Assembly: GCA_012295275.1 (NCBI GenBank)
Contig: CM022665.1
Location: 18,042,001 to 18,106,000 of the forward strand
DNA: 64,000 nucleotides
Direction: 5' to 3'
From: Chrysomallon squamiferum
Lineage: Eukaryota > Animalia > Mollusca
Shown: in pieces, positions 40,648-64,000 of the stretch
Position numbering within the stretch: position 1 is the stretch's first letter
How the letters are laid out: every line of letters starts with the position of its first letter
Notes under the pieces: model-generated
Databases searched by the model: none
Told to the model about the DNA's origin: nothing
The model's input: the letters and a program-made list of their open reading frames with translations, nothing else
Position numbers and translations under genes: made by a program

Positions 40648-41559
40648 CATGACTTGTATTATTTAATTCTCGCCTTTGAACAACTATAAATAATAATGGC
40701 ATTATTATTAAAGTGTTGTTAAATTACTGGATTATCTAAGGTTGGTTATTATGATATAATTTTGCTCGCATGACAAAATGATAAACACTTACTGGTCTTA
40801 TTTGTGTGCTTTATATTCTGTTATTGCTCTTGTTATGACAACATGCTGTCAGTCATTTTCCTTTTGCTCCTCCCTCTTCTGGAAGAATGTTTACGGTACT
40901 GACAGTATGTTTGATTCCGCATGCAGATACACGGGAGTTTGTTTTTTTACGTTTGTTTTTCTTTAATGTCTTTCTTTTTTCTTTTTTTTTTTGAGGGAGA
41001 GGGTAGTGGTATTGTTATTTTCAGTTGGTTTTATTTTCTTTCTTTCTTTCTTCAGATTTGTAATAATAGTAATACAACAACAACAATAACAAATAAAATC
41101 GATATTTCTGTTAAAAAAAAAAAATGAAAAAGAAAGAAGGGAAATACTGCAAAATGTATTTATTATATATAAATATTAACAGACTGATTATGTAAATAAA
41201 TATCAAATATACGCTACTTCTTATGCAAAACTAAAATATAAGATATATTTTCTTGAAAGTATAAACCCAAGCACAGACTGAGGTATAATTATTTATGTAC
41301 AGAACATTTAATTATTTAGCTAATTTACATACGAAACAGCTGTAAGGAGCAAAATGTATCTGACGTCATGAAACCGGAGGTCATCAGCATATACAAAAGA
41401 AAATGAATATCATTGGATGAAAATACAAGTGCCGAAACTATCCACTAAAATAAAACAAAGTTATAAGGTACTGAATTAGTCTGCTGAAACAACAATCACC
41501 TGACAGACTAAAAATGAGAAAAAAAACCAGGAGTTTCTGCTAATAGAAATTACGTCATA

Positions 41560-41631
<72 letters not shown>

Positions 41632-42149
41632 ATAAATCACTGTGTGATGTTTCAGTTTTACAGTGAAAGTATTCAAGACTAAGAAGTTCAGATACAGAAA
41701 ACACAGATTACACGAATCTTGCTCTTGTTCAGTTAGCTCTGAATAAAATGGAAGTTACTATTCCAGTTGCTAAAATTGATGAATTTGCCTTGCGGCTATG
41801 TAATCTGGTTATGCAACTAGTCGGTGAGAAAAGAAGACAAAACTAAATCAGGTCAAAAGCAGTTCCGTCAAGGTCAATGGATTGATCAACGAAATGAAAA
41901 TGTGGTGTCACATCATAGATTAGAAAGAATACCCAATAATGAAGCTAACTAGTATGAATCAAAACAGTATTTTGTGTGTATAACAAACAACTAGAACAAC
42001 AACAACACACGCGCATTTTATATATATATATATATATGCATGTATGTATGTATGTACGTATATTAAATGGATCTTAAACACACTGATAAGGATATTTTCA
42101 TAAATATCAGCAAAATATCTGGATATGCTAAAACAGTTGATACAACTGC

Positions 42150-42194
<45 letters not shown>

Positions 42195-42269
42195 TTATAA
42201 TAATAATAATAACAACAACACCACTAAAAAACTAAGAATTTTTTTTTTTCTAATTTTATATCATGTCGT

Positions 42270-60885
<18,616 letters not shown>

Positions 60886-60924
60886 GGCGCTGTATCGCGG
60901 TAACGTGTGTGTCTTCTCTCTACC

Positions 60925-60932
60925 TTCTTATA
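60925..60932 (-). promoter_or_regulatory. TATA-like box of the aminopeptidase gene
   Basis: Minus-strand TATAAGAA about 40 nt upstream of gccATG, in CpG-containing sequence. Confidence 0.35.
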
Positions 60933-61208
60933 AGGATAAATGTGAAAACAACAGAAGACGACTCGTCCCTCGGGTCAAGTACACTGTCAGTGAATGCTAG
61001 CTGATCGCAGCCAGACCCACAAGGCTTTAAACTTGTGCGGTGTAAATGATAATTATTCAGGACCAGTGCTTTTTAGGAAACATCAGGGATCACCCGCTAC
61101 CGCCCCTCCCCCGTCCCGTTATTAGGTCAGTTCATTTTCAGATCGAGGTAGGTGTCTAACAAGAACACGATGGCATTTAAATTGTCAATAATAGTAGTAG
61201 CAGTAGTA

Positions 61209-61244
<36 letters not shown>

Positions 61245-61365
61245 GTAGTGGTAGTAGTAGTAGTAGTAGTAGTAGTAGTAATAGTAGTAATAGTAGTAGT
61301 AGTAGTAGTACTAATAGTAATTATTATAATAACAATGTTTAAAATTAAGGAATGAGAATACAATA

Positions 61366-61850
61366 CAGTGGTACCTCGAGTTACAAGTGCCCATCTTACG
61401 AGTTTTCTGGTCTATTTGTTGCTTTGAGTTGCGAGCCAAAATCCGAGTTACGAGCGAACTTCAGCTACGCCTCAGCTAGTTGGCGCTATGAACAACACAA
61501 CAACTGCCCAGCATCCCGCGTCTTACTCGTTTACTTCACATGGTTACCGCGCCGCGGAATCATCTTTGTTGTTTTGTGCAGTATTTTCCCAAATTTCTTT
61601 TTTCTGGCCATGGATCGTAAGGAACTGAGTGCAAAAGTCAGTGCGGAGAAGAAGAAGCGGATGTTGTCCATTGAATTAAAGCTTGAATTCATAAAAAAAA
61701 ACATCAGCGAGAAGTGCATGTAGTCGACTTGGCTAGACAGAATAAGAGTGTAGCACTTCTATGATATGTACCATACTGAAGCTGAAGGAGTCGATGAAGG
61801 CTGTAAATCCAACCAAAGGTGTTAAACTAATGTCTCTGATCTCCAAGATA
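61366..61850 (+). mobile_element. Truncated Tigger/pogo-family transposon with frameshifted transposase N-terminus
   Basis: TA|CAGTGGTACCTCGAGTTAC left end. From ATG 61610: MDRKELSAKVSAEKKKRMLSIELKLEFIKK / HQREVHVVDLARQNK / STSMICTILKLKESMKAVNPTKGVKLMS, a CENP-B/psq-type HTH with two frameshifts. No right TIR seen. Confidence 0.8.
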
Positions 61851-62220
61851 AATACACTTACAAAACCAATTTATTTCTTTACATTCTCTTTTATTTTATT
61901 TCTATACAATATTTGTCATTTATAAATACATTTGGTTTTGTTAAAGTGATTTATTTCCAGTTCCAGCTAGAATCCCACGAACTGCTTTACAAAGGCCATT
62001 GTAAGTAATTATCTCCCAAAAACTTCTTACTGCTGAACTCCCCCCCTCCGTAAAAGTAACCTTACAATGGCGGCAGCGTATTTTTCTCTTATACGTATTA
62101 ATAATTTTAAGACGTGTTTTAAATATTTATTCCTAAGCCCTGTTAATCTTCGTTGTGAATGTCCTGGTGGTTTTGTTTTTGTGTGTTTCTTCTTCTTCTT
62201 TTTCTTCTTCTTACTATTAC

Positions 62221-62277
<57 letters not shown>

Positions 62278-63043
62278 TACTAAATTTAAGATAGCTTAAC
62301 TATCTGTCCGACGTTTGACCCACTTGAACTCGAAAGTTAATACTGATATTTAGTTTACAACATTTCACTTTAGAGAGAGCTTTAAGCATTAGCATATTTT
62401 AATGTTAATAGTACTATCAGATATCAGCACTTGTTTGGTTGTTTTTTTTTTTTTTTTTTTTTTGTATAATGAGAAGCAGTCTTTTGTTCACTCGTAGAGG
62501 AGATAACTATTAATGTATGTAGATAATATTATTGTTATTACATGAGACGTGAAGAAAATCGGAGCACCATAAACTCTTACTAAAGGAACCAGAAACTTTC
62601 GTTTCTTCTTCTTCTTCCTATAATTATTTTCAAATAAAGCAGTTTATAAAGTGTTTATAGTTTTAAATTTTCGCCTTTATTAGAAAAATCGGTAACTTTT
62701 TTCTACGCAGTGACGTCAAAGATCCAATGAATGGATAAAATGGAGTCGTTCTTAAGTTTTGTAATATGATTATTTTATTGTCGTAATTTGTAATTAAATG
62801 TCGTGAATATCCACATAGGATGCCTATGTAACAATAACTGTATCTAATTTTCTTTTCTTCTTCTTCTCCTTTTTTTTTTTTTTTTTTTTTTTACACATTA
62901 AACAAGTATTGGGAAATTAGGTTTCTAGGTTCTTTATATTATCGTCTCGTTTATCAACTCTCTCTCGTGAATAACTAAGAGGCAGGCCAAGTAAACCAAA
63001 AAGATAACAGATATTTATTTTAAATCAACTTGCACTGCTCATA

Positions 63044-63215
63044 TAGCTCAGATTGCTAAAGGTGCAGTGGATTGTGGGACAGACTGCTCGTTGAAACTAC
63101 TGAGCTATTTCCCGTTCCAGCTGTTATTCACTAATTTATGTTTCAAAAGTTGTATATGTACTACCCTACTTGTGGGATGGTGAACCATAACATATTCCGT
63201 ACCGCTACTCGTCAG
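63044..63215 (+). mobile_element. Possible decayed tRNA-derived SINE
   Basis: A-box-like TAGCTCAGATTG, then TGAGCTATTTCCCGTTCCAGC..TATGTACTACCCTACTTGTGGGATGGTG, recalled as resembling a gastropod SINE core; no clear B box; unverified. Confidence 0.4.
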
Positions 63216-64000
63216 TAACAGTACATGAAGCTGTATGATTCTATAAACAAAATCTATAAAGAAAAAGCCTAATTCAGTTTTGTATACATTCCCAAATAAT
63301 GGATTTAATTTTGTAGCTTTAACCAGATTCCAACGAGAACTGAATATAGCTTTGAGATCTGACATAATTAATTCTATAGTTTATTTACCTTAATTATTTA
63401 TTCCAGCCAACATGACTATTAATTGCGTTCATTCTGTGACAGTGGATTAGAGTTGTCTCCCGTGAATAAGTGGCGATAATTAATGTTACGGTAAACTTAT
63501 TTGTCTATCTGGAAATGACACGAAATCTATTAGGCGTGGTGACTTGTAAACCACGCTTCACTTTGTTTTCTATTAAACTGCGGTGTAATACTAACTGACT
63601 ATTCCATGCATGAAAATTGATTCATTCTACCTTTTCTTAACTCAGGGAAAGAATGTTAGTTCAAGAAGTAATCGGTCACACTATCCACATTACTCCATGG
63701 GGTCATTTTTCGTTCAAAATAGATGTTTCTATATAGCGAAAGAGCCATTAATCAATTCTCCGTGATTTCTTCCATGGTGCATGTGTTAATGACGTGTAGG
63801 CCTACGTGAATCTTTGTTATTAGCGAACTCGAATTTGATCGATCTAAATAAAGTTAATGTCAAATGATTAAATTTGAATTTAAAAAGTTTCGGTATCTTT
63901 TTGACTACTGCCTGATGGGCAGACAAACTTAGACAGGTCGTGGCTTTCTTTGTTTTCGTTTCAACTATGATTTTTCATTTGACTGTATACCAAAAACAAA

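Noticed and set aside
63040-63120. tRNA gene
   Set aside because: A-box-like motif only; no cloverleaf or T-loop
63105-63365. 86-aa minus-strand ORF
   Set aside because: No recognisable domain or splice context; overlaps the putative SINE relic

Overview
AT-rich, microsatellite-laden animal genomic DNA with GT-AG spliceosomal introns; a mollusc or other lophotrochozoan is likely, but that is inference. Three genes were rebuilt by hand from splice sites and frame continuity, and most ORF-track entries are repeat artefacts. (1) Plus strand 3536-30060: a 5' incomplete gene encoding 5 CUB domains + LDLa + membrane anchor, the architecture of C. elegans LEV-10. After the LDLa exon come three phase-compatible exons that each restore the last LDLa Cys: a stop-containing GPI-signal-like exon, a 39-nt micro-exon, and a transmembrane exon ending in a PDZ-type motif (VSMV). 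(2) Minus strand 37774-38415: a Tctex-1 domain dynein light chain with one coding exon. (3) Minus strand 42270-60885: a complete 22-exon, 720-aa membrane-type Xaa-Pro aminopeptidase (XPNPEP2-like) with signal peptide, RSRR motif and GPI-like tail. Unexplained structure includes tandem repeats that repeatedly begin at exon boundaries and multiply splice-site sequences, a 72-bp-arm hairpin, and a sharp CpG-poor to CpG-normal switch near 35.5 kb. Several MITEs, a Tigger fossil and a possible SINE are also present.
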